From contig OX597836.1 in NCBI GenBank assembly GCA_951406725.2, forward strand, positions 16,058,001-16,122,000: a stretch of DNA of 64,000 nucleotides, given 5' to 3'. The notes under the pieces are model-generated. The model made no database searches. It was not told the origin of the DNA and saw only the letters and a list, made by a program, of their open reading frames with translations. Positions 12,575 to 25,192 of this stretch are shown in pieces. The position numbers and the translations under genes are program-made. Each line of letters begins with the position of its first letter. The first letter of the stretch is position 1. The stretch comes from Octopus vulgaris. Taxonomy: Eukaryota.

Positions 12575-13126
12575 TCAATGTTAGATATAACAAACAAAAG
12601 TTCCCTCAAGTTACACCATCTTAAAGACTATTGATAGAAGCATTGGACAGAATATCTTGCAGCATTTATACTGACTGTTTGAAGTTCAAATCACACAAAG
12701 GCTAACTTTACTTTTCTATGCTTTTGGGGTCAGTAAAATGAACAAGCTTGTGGTGGTGGATTGGCAGAACCGTAAGAAAATTAGGCTGGTGGTATTTATG
12801 ATGATTCTTTGTATCCTGAGTTCGAATCCTACCATAACTAATTTGGCAGCACACAGTCTGTTATCTGAGGCTGCATCTTGGTTCCATGACAAAGTTTTTG
12901 TCTTAAAGTGATCTAAATGGAAAGAGACGCCATATTTTGTTACACAACCATAATAAACTAGAAAGTTAAAAGGTTGGATGTGGTAGCGAAGAAGGTGCAA
13001 AGCCCCCTGAAATGGCATATACACCCATGTTTCCATCTTTAATCACATTGTTGTTTATATTAGGTGTATATGAATATGAAATGTTAAAAAAAAAATCGGT
13101 GCAGGCTTTAATTCCTATAGAAAGTC

Positions 13127-13347
13127 ATTTCTTTACTGCCCACAAGGGGCTACATACAGAGGGGACAGACAAACGGATTAAGTCAATTATATCGACCCCA
13201 GTGCGTAAATGGTACTTAATTTATCGACCCCGAAAGGATGAAAGGCTAATCGACCTTGGCGGAATTTGAACTCAGAATGTAGCAGCAGACAAAATACTGC
13301 TTAGCATTTCACCCGGCGTGCTAACGGTTCTGCCAGCTCGCCGCCTT
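13127..13347 (-). mobile_element. SINE-A
   Basis: Homology; TSD ATAGAAAGTC. Confidence 0.9.
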
Positions 13348-13435
13348 AACCCATAGAAAGTCTGTAGAGATAACCTTAGCACATGGTAATTTATATACCA
13401 AGCACCAGTATAATGATGACAAAATTATTAATTTA

Positions 13436-13852
13436 AACTACTTGTTTCAGTCATTTTGACTGTGGCCATGCTGGAGCACCACCTTGTCAGAAATCTATCC
13501 CTGGACTTATTCTATCGGTCTCTTTTGCCGAACCACTAAGTTACGAAGATGTAAACACCAAGATCAGTTGTCAAGCAATGATGGAAGGACAAACACATAT
13601 ATATATAATAGGCTTCTTTCAGTTTTCCTCCTTCCAAATCCACTCAGGGCTTTGGTCGACCTGAGGCTATAGAAGACACTTGCCCAAGGTGCTATGCAGT
13701 GGAACTGAACCCAGGACCACGTGGTTGGGAAGCAAGCTTCTTATTTCTTTATTGCCCACAAGGGGCTAAACACAGAGGGACAAAGAGATTAAGTCGATTA
13801 CATTGACCCTAGTGCATAACTGGTACTTAATTTCGGTGGGCGATATCCAGCA
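13436..13852 (-). mobile_element. SINE-B with a SINE-A 3' part joined at its head
   Basis: SINE-B 13436-13742; SINE-A tail 13743-13852. Confidence 0.8.
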
Positions 13853-14520
13853 AGTTGAAGCTTTTTACATTGGAACAGCCTTCTAGGTGAATTACATCAC
13901 AGGGCTGGTGAGCTCCACCTACCCTGGATTTGCTGAAATGGTATCAAAGAGGGTACTGGATCACCTGATGGATCCCCAGATACTCACAAGGCAACGAGGG
14001 TTTGTGCCAGGAGTTTCTTCAACAACAAGCTTCTTAGCCTATAGCTGGGTCCCTGACAGGTAATTACTTTTCTGGGTCAGAGTAAGCCTAGGAACAATTA
14101 GTGGTCAAGAGGTGGCTCCAAACTTTTCAAAACTCTGAGTCTTCTGAACCAGGACAAATCTGAAAGACTAAACATCAGAGGAAACAGCACCTGACATGTT
14201 TCCAAGTAAGTAATATTTTCTCATGACCAGACATGTTTATCATGGAAGATTTAAAATGAAGGGCACTGCTTGTTTGACGGTGACACTTGTTTACAACTAT
14301 CGTGCAATATCAAGGCAAAGGGACAGTAACTCACACACACACATACACGTGTACCAGGTTTTTGTCAGTTTTCATCTACCAAATCTACTCAAGGCTTTGG
14401 TCAGCTTGACAGTGGGATTGAACCCGGAACCATGTGGTTGGGAAGTAAACTTCTTGCTACACAGCCAATGCCTGCACCCATAACCAAAATGAAAATAAAG
14501 TACTGATGTATAAAAACGAA

Positions 14521-14741
14521 ATAATAATAATGGTTTCAAATCTTGGCACAAGGCCAGCAAGTTCATGATCAGGATTAAGTCGATTACATCAACCCCAGTG
14601 ATAAACTGGTACTTACTTTATTGACCCCCAAAAGGATGAAAGGCAAAGTTGACCTCAGCAGAATTTGAACTCAGAACGTAAAGACGGACGAAATGCCACA
14701 AAGCATTTTGCCCAGCATGCTAACATTTCTGCAAATTCACC
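14521..14741 (-). mobile_element. SINE-A variant with alternative tail
   Basis: Same head and central domain, but tail GGCCTTGTGCC...(ATT)n. Also at 26320-26550, 26758-26940 and 53874-54090. Confidence 0.75.
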
Positions 14742-14956
14742 AATAGTAACAATGATAATGAACTATACAGTGCTCAGGTGCACTACAACTCATCAGTAAT
14801 AATAACCAAAACTGCTTAAACAGTGCATAGAATATGCACAGGAAGCAAACAGTGAAAAAGCCCTTAAAAAATATCCCACCTTGTTAAGTTGAACATAGAA
14901 AGAAGGCTCAGATTAGAAGTGAAACCAGTTGAATGTACACCAGTTAGGAATAACTT

Positions 14957-15258
14957 GTGGAGGCACATGGCCTAGTGGTTAGAGTACTGGACTCGCTGTC
15001 GAAGGATCACGGGTTCGAATCTCAGACCGGGCGATGTGTGTGTTTATGAGCGAAACATCTAAGCTACATGCGGCTCCGGCAGAAGGTGATGGCGAACTTC
15101 TGCTAACTCTTTCGCCACAACTTTCTCTTACTCTTTCCTCCTGCATCTTGCAGCTCAGCTGCAACGGACTGGCGTCCCGTCCAGGTGGGGAACCTATACG
15201 CCAAGGAAACCGGGAAACTGGCCCTAATAAGCCTGGCATGGCTCGAGAAGGAACAAAC
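14957..15258 (+). mobile_element. SINE-C (tRNA-Arg-like head), tail type 1
   Basis: TGGCCTAGTGG A-box, GGTTCGAATC B-box; TSD CAGTTAGGAATAA. Confidence 0.9.
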
Positions 15259-15378
15259 AGTTAGGAATAAATTGCTTACATCAATAGAGGATTTCGAAAT
15301 ACAAATTTGTTTAGAGTGATCTTAAGAATATTACTATATTAAAAAGAAAAGACAAATTCATTTATGAGAGCACACACC

Positions 15379-15599
15379 ACAAAGTGGTGCTGAAAAGTTC
15401 CTGGTTTTGGGTAAAAGAAAACATAGGAGGATCAGTTAATTATGATTTTATGTAATATATTCCCCTCTCAGATTCACACACTTATTGCAGCAGTCCTTCA
15501 GTTTTTCTAAGCCTTGTAAAAGAATTTGGAAGGTTGAAGCCTCCAATGAGGCCTTTCACAATACTCTTAAAGCTAGGAACTTTTCGGCACTTCCTTGTA
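15379..15599. mobile_element. Mariner-like MITE
   Basis: TIR ...GCTGAAAAGTTCCT; inverted relative at 62268-62482. Confidence 0.75.
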
Positions 15600-16149
15600 G
15601 ATTCTGTAAAGTGGTTGATGTTAAGAAAGGCACCCAGCCATAGAAACCATACCAAAACAGACAGTAAAGGTTGGTGCAGTCTTTTGGCTTACCTGTTCCT
15701 GCAAACCACCGAACTCATGCCGGCATGAAAAATGAACATTGAATGGTGATGATGACAGAGGCCTGGGAACAGGGGCTGCAGGAAGTGCAAGTACACCTAA
15801 AATTTTTGGAGGGGTGCAAAATCAAAATTTGCACCCCTATTTAATTTTCTGAGGCTTAGAAAACTGCATGAAAAGAAATCTGTAAAAAGGAGCTTGAAGT
15901 TAGGTTTCTTCTTCAAAGAACAAATATGAAGAAGAAAAAAAAACAAGATCTTGTTTATAAAAACCATTTTGGGCCTGGGTTTGCATCCCCTTGGCAAATT
16001 TCATCCGTGAGCCAGTGGATGACCAATGATGATGATGATCTTGATGAGGGCATAAAACTAAACAGTGTTGAGGTATATCACCACAATTCCTCAGTTTTAA
16101 ACACTCTCACATATACAGATAGCAAGAGAGAGAGAGGGAGGTAGAAACC

Positions 16150-16370
16150 TATTTCTTTATTACCCACAAGGGGCTAAACATAGAGAGGACAAACAAGGAC
16201 AGACATAGGTATTAAGTCGATTCCATTGACCCCAGTGCGTAACTGGTACTTAATTTATCGACCCCGAAAGGATGAAAGGCAGAGTCGACCTCGGCGGAAT
16301 TTGAACTCAGAACGTAGCGGCCGACGAAATACAGCTAAGGATTTCGCCCGGTGTGCTAACGGTTCTGCCA
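16150..16370 (-). mobile_element. SINE-A
   Basis: Homology; TSD GAGGTAGAAACC. Confidence 0.9.
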
Positions 16371-16842
16371 GAGGTAGAAACCAGAGTTCATACAGTTATG
16401 TTCAATAAGTAACACCACCTCATTCGCTAGTCCCATGTGAAGAAGCCAAAAGCTAACAAATGTCGCCCACACAGAAATAACAGCTAAACTTCTCTCAAAT
16501 ATGAATTTATCATTAAAAATGAGGTTAGAAATATATATATATATTTATATATATGCTAAAATAATTTTATAAAAAAACATTTCAGTACCAGTTTCAGTCA
16601 TTGAGACTTTTTCAACTGTAAGTATGGAAAACAATTGAATCTTGGAAAAATTAAAAGAAAAGTTTTTTTTTAAATACAAGGTGCATTTTCCTTGTTTCTG
16701 CCTATCTCTTGTGGGTTCCAGGTCCTTCTGAATTCTTGTCAGGGAGGAGGAAGAAGAAGAAGAAAAAGAAGGAGGAGGAAAAGAAGAATGTGGGAGTGCC
16801 ATGATAGTAGTTGGATGTGATATATATATATATATATATATA

Positions 16843-17340
16843 GGAGTGGCTGTGTGGTAAGTAGCTTGCTCACTAACCACATGGTTCCGGGTTCAGTTCC
16901 ACTGCCTAGCATCTTGGGCAAGTGTCTTCTATAGCCTCAGGGCGACCAAAGCCTTGTGATTGGATTTGGTAGACGGAAACTGAAAGAAGCCCGTCGTATA
17001 TGTATATATATATATATATATATAGTCTCTGACTATTTTCTCTCTCTCACTAGACCGCTGGTGGCGAAAAATTTCTATTGAATCTTTTGCTACCCTATAT
17101 TGATTAATTGAATATATATATATATGTTTGTGTGTGTATATGATTGCGTGTCTGCGTTTGTCCTCCCAACATCGCTTGACAACCGATGCTGGTGTGTTTA
17201 CGTTCCCGTAACTTAGCGGTTCGGCAAAAGAGACCGATAGAATAAGTACTAGGCTTACAAAGAATAAGTTCTGGAGTTGATTCGCTCGACCAAAGGCGGT
17301 GCTCCAGCATGGCCGCAGCCAAATGACTGAAACAAATAAA
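16843..17340 (+). mobile_element. SINE-B with internal (TA)n and an insert
   Basis: Head GGAGTGGCTGTGTGGTAAG...GGGTTCAGT, CORE-like CTTGGGCAAGTGTCTT, internal microsatellite, tail CAAATGACTGAAACAA. Confidence 0.9.
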
Positions 17341-17434
17341 CAAATAAAAGAAAGAACATACGTAGATACACACATACATACATACAGACATACATACATA
17401 CAGACATACATACATACATACATACATACATACA

Positions 17435-17466
<32 letters not shown>

Positions 17467-17653
17467 CCACATTCTCTCTCTCACTTCTGTCAGTACTGCT
17501 CATCTTATTCTCCGTCACATCTTTGCCAGTCTCTCCACAAACGCAATCACATCTCTCTCTCTCTCTTTCTCGTTTTCTCTCTCTCTCTCTGTTGATGTTA
17601 CCTGACCAATAACATCAGCAACAATAGTTACTGCCTTAAATAATAACAACACG

Positions 17654-18068
17654 GGCAATCTTTCGTCTCTAGTAGACCTTTCCGTCGATTTCCGTAAAAA
17701 AATTTATTTATTTTTTACGTATGGGCTTGCGGGAACTTTTGAAGTAATGAGAGCGAAAGAGACTAAGAGAAAGCGATTGTATGACGAGGGAAGTTCTTTT
17801 GAAGTTACCGTGCATGGGAAGCATTGATGTACATGTGTGTGTGTGTGTGTGTGTGTGTTTGATGGGGTGTGGGAGACAGACAGTATGTTGTGTAAGTGAA
17901 GTGCTTCTGTTAGTGTGTGTGAAAGAAAGAGATAACTGAAATTTTCTACTCGGTGTATGTGTATATGTATGTATATTACTTCAAAAGTTCCCGCAAGCCC
18001 ATATGTAAAAAAAAAAAAAATTTTTTACGGAAATCGACGGAAAGGTCTACTAGAGACGAAAGATCGCC
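17654..18068. mobile_element. MITE with ~95-bp TIRs
   Basis: GGCAATCTTTCGTCTCTAGTAGACC...GAAGTAAT inverted at 17975-18068. Confidence 0.9.
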
Positions 18069-18385
18069 AATAATAACAACATGAATAAAAAAACAAAAAG
18101 ACAAAGACACATTTACATTACGTAGTTAGGGTTAAATTACTGCGCCTCACGAAAGTAAAGTAAAATAAAAATGTAGATGAAAAAAATGAATAAATAAATA
18201 AATAAAATAGACAAATAAATAAATCTGTGCTCGCCAAGGCCGAAATACCTTTAAAAATCATAAAACATCTGCCCGATAGATAGATATGCTCGGTCAGGGC
18301 CTGACTCGGGGTTAAGCAATAACAATATGTGTGTGCTCGTGTGTATACATAAACACACACACACATATGTATATATATATGTATA

Positions 18386-18474
<89 letters not shown>

Positions 18475-18528
18475 CTCCATCAGGGCTGACCTGAGAACTA
18501 AACAATACCGACGACCTCCACCCCTACC

Positions 18529-18962
18529 ATGGCCACCACCACCATCACCACCACCACCATCACCACCACCACCACCATCACCACCACCACCACCACCACC
18601 CACCACCATCACCACCACCACCATCACCACCACTACCACCATCATCACCACCATCACCACCACCACTATCACCATCACCACCACCGCCGTCACCACCACC
18701 ATCACCACCACTACCGACGCCACCGCCACCAACAAGTAGTAGCACGGTCGCCGGCATCAGCATCACCACTCCACTACCACCATCACCACCACCACCGCCG
18801 TCACCACCACCACCACTACCACCACCGCCGTCACCACCACCACCACCACCACCATCACCACCACCACCACCATCACCACCACCACCGCCGTCACCACCAC
18901 CACCACTACCACCACCGCCGCCACCAACAAGTAGTAGCACGGTCGCCGGCACCAGCATCACC
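18529..18962. repeat. (CAC)n tract with a duplicated ~40-bp spacer
   Basis: CAACAAGTAGTAGCACGGTCGCCGGCA occurs twice. Confidence 0.9.
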
Positions 18963-19455
18963 CATTGCCAATCACTTCCATTCGCTATGACTCATCTCTT
19001 GTTGTGTGCCGAGGTGAGGTGAGTCAGTGTGATAATGATTGATATCGATCTGCTGCTCAAGCGGCAAATCCGATTGGCTGAAAGGGCAGGCTCTTTGTCG
19101 ACGTCATCAACCTTCCCCTCCCCCTCCTCCCGCATATTCATTAGCAGCAGCAGCAGCCGACTTACATTACCTCCGTTATCTCTGACACCGTATATACATA
19201 TATACATATATAACGACTGCAACAGGCGTCCCTAGATTTTTCTTTAACTTTCTACCCCGCCATTTATTACAGGCATCCTTAACACAATTTACTCCCCCAC
19301 TCTGTTTATATTAGTTGCGTCAATTATATCCTGTTTGATATCCTTTTCTGTCTGGTTCCCTTCGTATCCTGTCTGTCCTGGCCCTTTTTACACTATCGTC
19401 CCCTGCTTACAGCGGTCATCTCTGGTTACTGATTATGTATGTATGTATGTACGAT

Positions 19456-19820
19456 ATGTTTAGCGGTATTTCGTCTGCCGTTACGTTCTGAGTTCAAATT
19501 CCACCGAGGTCGACTTTGCCTTTCATCCTTTCGGGGTCGATAAATTAAGTACCAGTTACGCACTGGGGATCGATGTAATCGACTTAATCCGTTTGTCTGT
19601 CCTTGTTTGTCCTCTCTGTGTTTAGCCCCTTGTGAGTAGTAAAGAAATAGGTATTTAGTCTGTCTTTACATTCTGAGATCAAATTCTGCCTAGGTTAACT
19701 TTGCCTTTCATCCTTTCGGGGGTCGATAAATTAAGTATCAGTTGCGTACTGAGGTCGATCTATTCGACTGGCCCCCCTCTCTCCAAATTTCGAGCCTTGT
19801 ACCTAGAGTTGAAAGGAATA
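19456..19820 (+). mobile_element. SINE-A dimer
   Basis: Junction GAAATA|GGTATTT at 19650; second unit carries the alternative tail. Confidence 0.85.
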
Positions 19821-20299
19821 ATATAATGTAAACACAAAAAGAGGTCAGTTAATTTAAGAAGTATAGAAAATAAAAAAGAGAAATAGAATTTTAATCTTAA
19901 TATTTAATATTATTATCTAATAAGAGTAGCTATTGATGAGAATTTGATAATATATATCAGCTTAAAATCTAAAGTGATTAATCAATGAAATAGTCAATCG
20001 TCTAAATATATAAGCTGAAATAGACTGTTCAATTCCTAGCTACTGAGATTGGAATATCATAGTTACACATTGCGGACATTTTTCAATGAAACTGCTGGCT
20101 TATTTTGACCATTTTCGATCAAAGCAACTGCGAAAAACTATTGAGTGTATGATCCGGAAACATTCACCATTTATCGATAAAAAGAAAATGGCTACCGCCG
20201 GCATTTTGAATGAACTTCGACAGAAATATCATGTGTAGATTGGTGTATAGGTCAACAATACCTTTCATCCATCTGTGCTCGAAAATGAAGTCAAGCATT

Positions 20300-21120
20300 G
20301 GTGTCGATAGTATTGACTAATACCCTCTGTCGTTAAGATTACTGGGTTTGTGTCTAATTCAGAAACGAATATAATCAAACATTCGCGAAAAGGGTTCTGG
20401 CGTGTGAGACGTGTGTTAACCTTTTGCTTGTCCTGTGTTTCACCTTTGATACACATGGAAATATGTCCTTGCATTATATATAATGCACATTCTCAGTTGT
20501 TTTTGAACCATCAGAGTAAGTTGAGACTTATGAAAGGAAAGTTTTATATTACTCAGAACGCATGAGACAAGGGTTTACTAAAAGTCTAAAAGCAAGTATG
20601 GATGTGTAGGCCAAACTTATGAAAATGCTTTGGACAGACAAAGGAATTAAACAAAACATACGTTTCTCTGAAAAACCGATATGCCCGCATTAGGAATATA
20701 AGAATTAGACGTCATAACTTGTGAGAGAAGGAGTCAAAATTTGATCTTTGACTTTGATGTCTGAGTATACGTGCGAAGTTGCACAAGAAAAGAATTTCAT
20801 CCAGAATCGATGACTCCTACAGTGAAGCATCGTGGTTTTGGTAGCGCATGTCTGCAAAAGTGAGTGGTTTTATAGATTGCATGAAGGACATTGTTAACAG
20901 TACAAGTTATATGGAGATCTTGGAAAAGATAATAGTTATATATACTATAATTTATTTCGATCAGACATAGATTTTTTCAGCATGACAACAGCCCCCCAAA
21001 CAGACTATAGGAATGAATAATAAAGAATTTCACAAAAGGTACGTAAGAGTACTGTATTAGCCCTACTCAGTCCGTAGATTAAAATCCGATCGAAAGGCGT
21101 GGAATTGTTCGGATCCTTTG
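20300..21120 (+). pseudogene. Decayed Tc1-family transposase
   Basis: Fragments EFHPESMTPTVKHRG, IVNSTSYMEILEK, FQHDNSP and PTQSVD*NPIE match Tc1 motifs PTVKHGG, FQ.DNAP and SPDLNPIE. Confidence 0.8.
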
Positions 21121-21687
21121 GACGATCACTCGATGGGAGGGTGTGTGTGTGAGAGAGAGGGGGAGAAATAAGGAGAGAGAGAGAGAAAAACAGACAGACA
21201 GAGACGTGGAAGGGCAAAGGAAGGAGTGTTTAGGACAGCGAGAGAGACCGAGAGAGAAAATGAGAAAGACACACTCATACACAACGCACAAAACACACAA
21301 GAGAGGGGCGGCAGTCCTTGAGCTAGAGTTGACATGATTAAGTCTCGCTTATCATTTAACGCCCCACCGCTACCACCACCACCACCACCACTACTACCAC
21401 TCATGGGTAATGTTTACACACTTTCGCTAAGTGACCCTTGAAGTCTCCTCAAGACTAAAATACATAAAAACTCCACCGAAACAAGTACCATCACAAAGGA
21501 AGTAAGTGCTAGGTTTAATAGACGTTGAGTTTGGGTATTAAAATCTTAGCCGTTGCTAGTTATAACCTCGAAGCATATATTTTTATAGTTCGTCTCTCCT
21601 TTTAAAAGGGAGGAGATGAGAAAACAAACGAAGTTTTTAACTAAATGCTCCTGTCTTATTTCACAAACGACCTGAAAATCTAGATTT

Positions 21688-22107
21688 GGGTTTTTTCGGT
21701 TTGACCGGCAGTTGTTTCTAGTGGTGTCATATAAAATTGTCACCCATAATTATTACCCTAGTACCGATCTATTGCATTTCAATCTGTTTTAGGGTTAGCG
21801 TTAGGGTTGGGGGGAAGGGTATCTTTTTTTCTTCAGAAATGTAAATGAACCCCAATCTGTTTCTTAAACGAGGGACATATTCATACGGTACAGAATGTTT
21901 TCACCTCAATAGACGTCATTGATTGGTTGTAATTGCAGAAATTGAAGAAAAAAACAACAACAAATATCTTACAAACTATAGAATTTTCTCAATAAAGCCA
22001 AGAGAAAAAGATGTTTTATAAACACATTCTACCAGTATACGAAGTTTAAAAGTGTCTAGTTACGTGGAAATTATTAAAAAAAACCGCCGTTCAAACCGAA
22101 AAGATCC
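21688..22107 (-). mobile_element. ~430-bp MITE (GGAT(C/G)TTTTCGGTTTGAACGGC TIR, internal CCCTAA repeats), copy 1
   Basis: Near-identical to 30311-30745 and 31557-32004 in opposite orientation. Confidence 0.9.
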
Positions 22108-22356
22108 GAAGTTTGTTAACCAAATGCTTCTGTCTTATTTTACAAACCACCTGAAAATCTAGACTTTCCTTTTATCTCTTATCTTTTACTTGCATCAGTC
22201 ATTAGACTGCGGCCATGCTGGAGCACAGCCTTGAAGAATTTTTAATCGATTGAATTGATCCTGGTACTTATTCTTTTAAAGTCTGGTACTTATTCTATCA
22301 GTCTCTTTTGCTGTGTCGCTAGGTTACGGGAACGTATACACGCCAACCCCGGTTCT

Positions 22357-22659
22357 TGTGGAGGTACATGGCTTAGTGGATAGAGCAGCGGACTCGCGGT
22401 CGAGGGATCGCGAGTTCGAATCTCAGACCAGGCGATGTGTGTGTTTATTAGCGAAACACCTAAGCTCCACGCTGCTCCGGCAGAAGGTAATGGCGAACTT
22501 CTGCTGACTCTTTCGCTACAACTTTCTTTCACTCTTTCCTCCTGCATCTTGCAGCTCACCTGCGACAGACCGGCGTCCCGTCCAGGTGGGGAACCTATAC
22601 GCCAAGGAAACCGGAAAACCGGCCCTAATGAGCCAGGCATGGCTCGAGAAGGAACAAAC
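22357..22659 (+). mobile_element. SINE-C tail type 1 nested in SINE-B (22180-22840, -)
   Basis: Homology to 14957; TSD CAACCCCGGTTCT. Confidence 0.9.
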
Positions 22660-23639
22660 AACCCCGGTTCTCAGGCGGTGGTGAGGGACAAACACACACA
22701 CATGCGACGGGCTTCTTTCAGTTTTCGCCTACCAAATACACTAGCTAGGCTTTGATTGGCCCAAAATCCTACGCAGTGGGTATGAACCCAGAACCCATGT
22801 GATTGGAAAGCAAGCTTTTTACTACACAGCCACACCTGTGCCTATATCGGACTATGTTAAAAAAAATTTCATTTCAGAATACAAACATACATACACCATA
22901 CATACATCTGACCGAGTAGATCGTTTTCTAAACTCGATAAGTCTATACAAATGTTCCAAGTGTTCAGGAGGTTTCTGTGCGGGAATTTGTTTTGAGCGGA
23001 TAAAATGTTGCACGATCTTGAACCACGTTTCAGCGCAATCAGTCATAAAACCAGTGGCAGGACAGAAGCTGAGACGACAAAAAAATCAACAACTGCATTT
23101 AAGGCGTCTAGCGGACACTTAGTGAAATTCTCTCTCTCTCTCCCTCTGTTATATATAACATAAATACGGACGTAGCAGATAACAGCTAGCCTTCGGCCGT
23201 TTGGACCCTGTTGTGTCCACTACTCTGATTGGTTGGTATTGGCGCAATTTGTCTCTTGCTGTATTACGCGCCAATGTGCAACGCAACCAATCGCAACCTT
23301 CTGATAACGTCTCGTGACACAGTCTTCTAAATCCCCGTTTGAGCCTCTTGGTCCCTATAAAAGACTAGTTTCAACAACCGTATTTCGTCTTTGGTTCTAG
23401 ACCTTCTAAGGTCTAACCACTGACCACAGAGCACACAGCCAGTTCCAGCGACAGACAACACCAGCAGCTCACATTGGAGACTCAACTTCGTCCAGCAGTA
23501 TAGAGGACCTCCATCTCCGTCGCCTATATCTCTTTACGTACGCAGCAACGTTCGCTCAGGTTTAACAGGCTCTGCTTCTACATCACAATTTCTTGTTACA
23601 GCTCTTCAACTATTGTGTACCTTTCTACGAACTGGTATT

Positions 23640-24500
23640 TATCTTTCCCCTTTTGAGAAGCCTAAATTCTCAAGATTGGTACTTAGGCAGTGTGTTACAT
23701 ATCACAAGGCTCTAATTATTACAGGTATAAACCTGAACTTGTAATCTGGATAGAGTAACTGCAGATTTCTCAATAGTACAGAATAGACGTTCTCTTTTTC
23801 ACATATCTTCGGCTTTATATTAACATCCGTTGGGCAGCTAATTTCGACATCTGTGCACAGTTTCTCTTTTCTATACCAAATCATTATATCAAGTCTGTTG
23901 TGCTTACATTTTATTGAGGTCTTCACTGGGACATTCCACCACTATTCCTTTTTATTATGAGTGGCTATGACCCCTACCATATTGTAGGTTCTTATTTCTT
24001 TGTCCTCGGAATTATCCTTCCGACGGATTTCATTATAGTGTCCTAGCTACGACATCATGTCTCATCGGTAGATAATACCTTGATGACATTTTCGGACAAC
24101 TGCTTATGATGTGGGTGATACCTTCAGTGTGAACTCCACAAAGTCTGCATCGGTTGTCACATTTTACTGCTTTTCATGCATCTCTATCCTTTACATGCAT
24201 CAGGTACTTGGTTGACATTTCCTGTTCCTTGATTGCAAATGTATACCTTCAAAGTGGGAGGTAGTAATCCGGCTATTCATCCATGATAAACTTCTTTGAT
24301 GGTCGATGTTACTATCATCATGGAGTTTTCTAATAATATATCCATGTATAGTCTTCTGCTCATATAGGCTCATCCTTTCATCTGATGATACGTTGCGGTA
24401 GAGTCGTACGACTTCTTTGGGCATGTATTCTACGTTATCAGGCAAAGAGTGTCGCTCAAGGAGCTGCCTTCCATATCTTATGATGTTATCAGCCCTATGC
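23640..24500 (-). pseudogene. R4/Dong-like non-LTR retrotransposon C-terminus (zinc knuckle plus restriction-like endonuclease)
   Basis: CRLCGVHTEGITHIISSCPKMSSRYYLPMRHDVVA, then HNRLDIMIW...VEISCP..., with frameshifts and stops. Confidence 0.85.
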
Positions 24501-24816
24501 ATGCATACATGTATGTATGTATGTATGTATGTATGTATGTATGTATGTATGTATGTATGTATGTATGTATGTATGTATGTATGTATCTGAAAGCATCCAG
24601 TTTCCAGTACTCAGAGTTGCTGGTTTCCGATCATCACTTGATAAACCGAGCCTAGTTTTCTTTTGAATACTCACTGTCTGAAATACGAAATGTAAGTTTG
24701 AATAAAACGTTTATTCCTACGTATGTTCTTTTGTTCGAATATCTTTTTGAACGATACGTGTGTAAATGGTTGCTTCAAGCTCACATTGTTGATTTCACTT
24801 CTGGTTCTCGTTGTAA

Positions 24817-25192
24817 TCTCTCTATATATAAAACCAAAGTTGTCTATGTATGGCAGGTTTGGTAGCCTTCAACTAACACTATCTCCTCCGAGACCCTGCG
24901 GTGCAAGTTGACCAACATTGAGATTATGATAGAAGAAGGCTTGCTCTTCTTTCCGTAGAGGACCATGTTAACACCAAAAATTGACATAAAGAAGGTGCTT
25001 TTTTTCTATGAAAATCCCTATTTTTTACGATTTTTGACTGCTGTATCACCATTTCTCGGTGTATTTCAACCAGAAAAATGTTCACTTAAAGAGAATAACA
25101 AGCTACATAATACAAAATTTTTTACTTTTCTTCAAAAATTCCAGTTCTAAAGGGTCGAAACAAACCCGAGCAACGCCAGGCGATACTGCTAG
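24817..25192 (+). mobile_element. Non-autonomous Helitron
   Basis: A|TC...TATATATAAAA 5' end; subterminal CCCGAGCAACGCCAGG hairpin; CTAG|T end. Confidence 0.8.

Noticed and set aside
13855-14130. GC-richer unique block after a SINE-A fragment
   Set aside because: Probably another retroelement fragment, but no motif I can support.
14960-15030. Functional tRNA-Arg gene
   Set aside because: Continues into a SINE body with a TSD, and the acceptor stem is not intact.
18118-18990. Poly-His, poly-Pro and poly-Gly ORFs
   Set aside because: Translations of (CAC)n and (TA)n tracts, with no splice or domain support.
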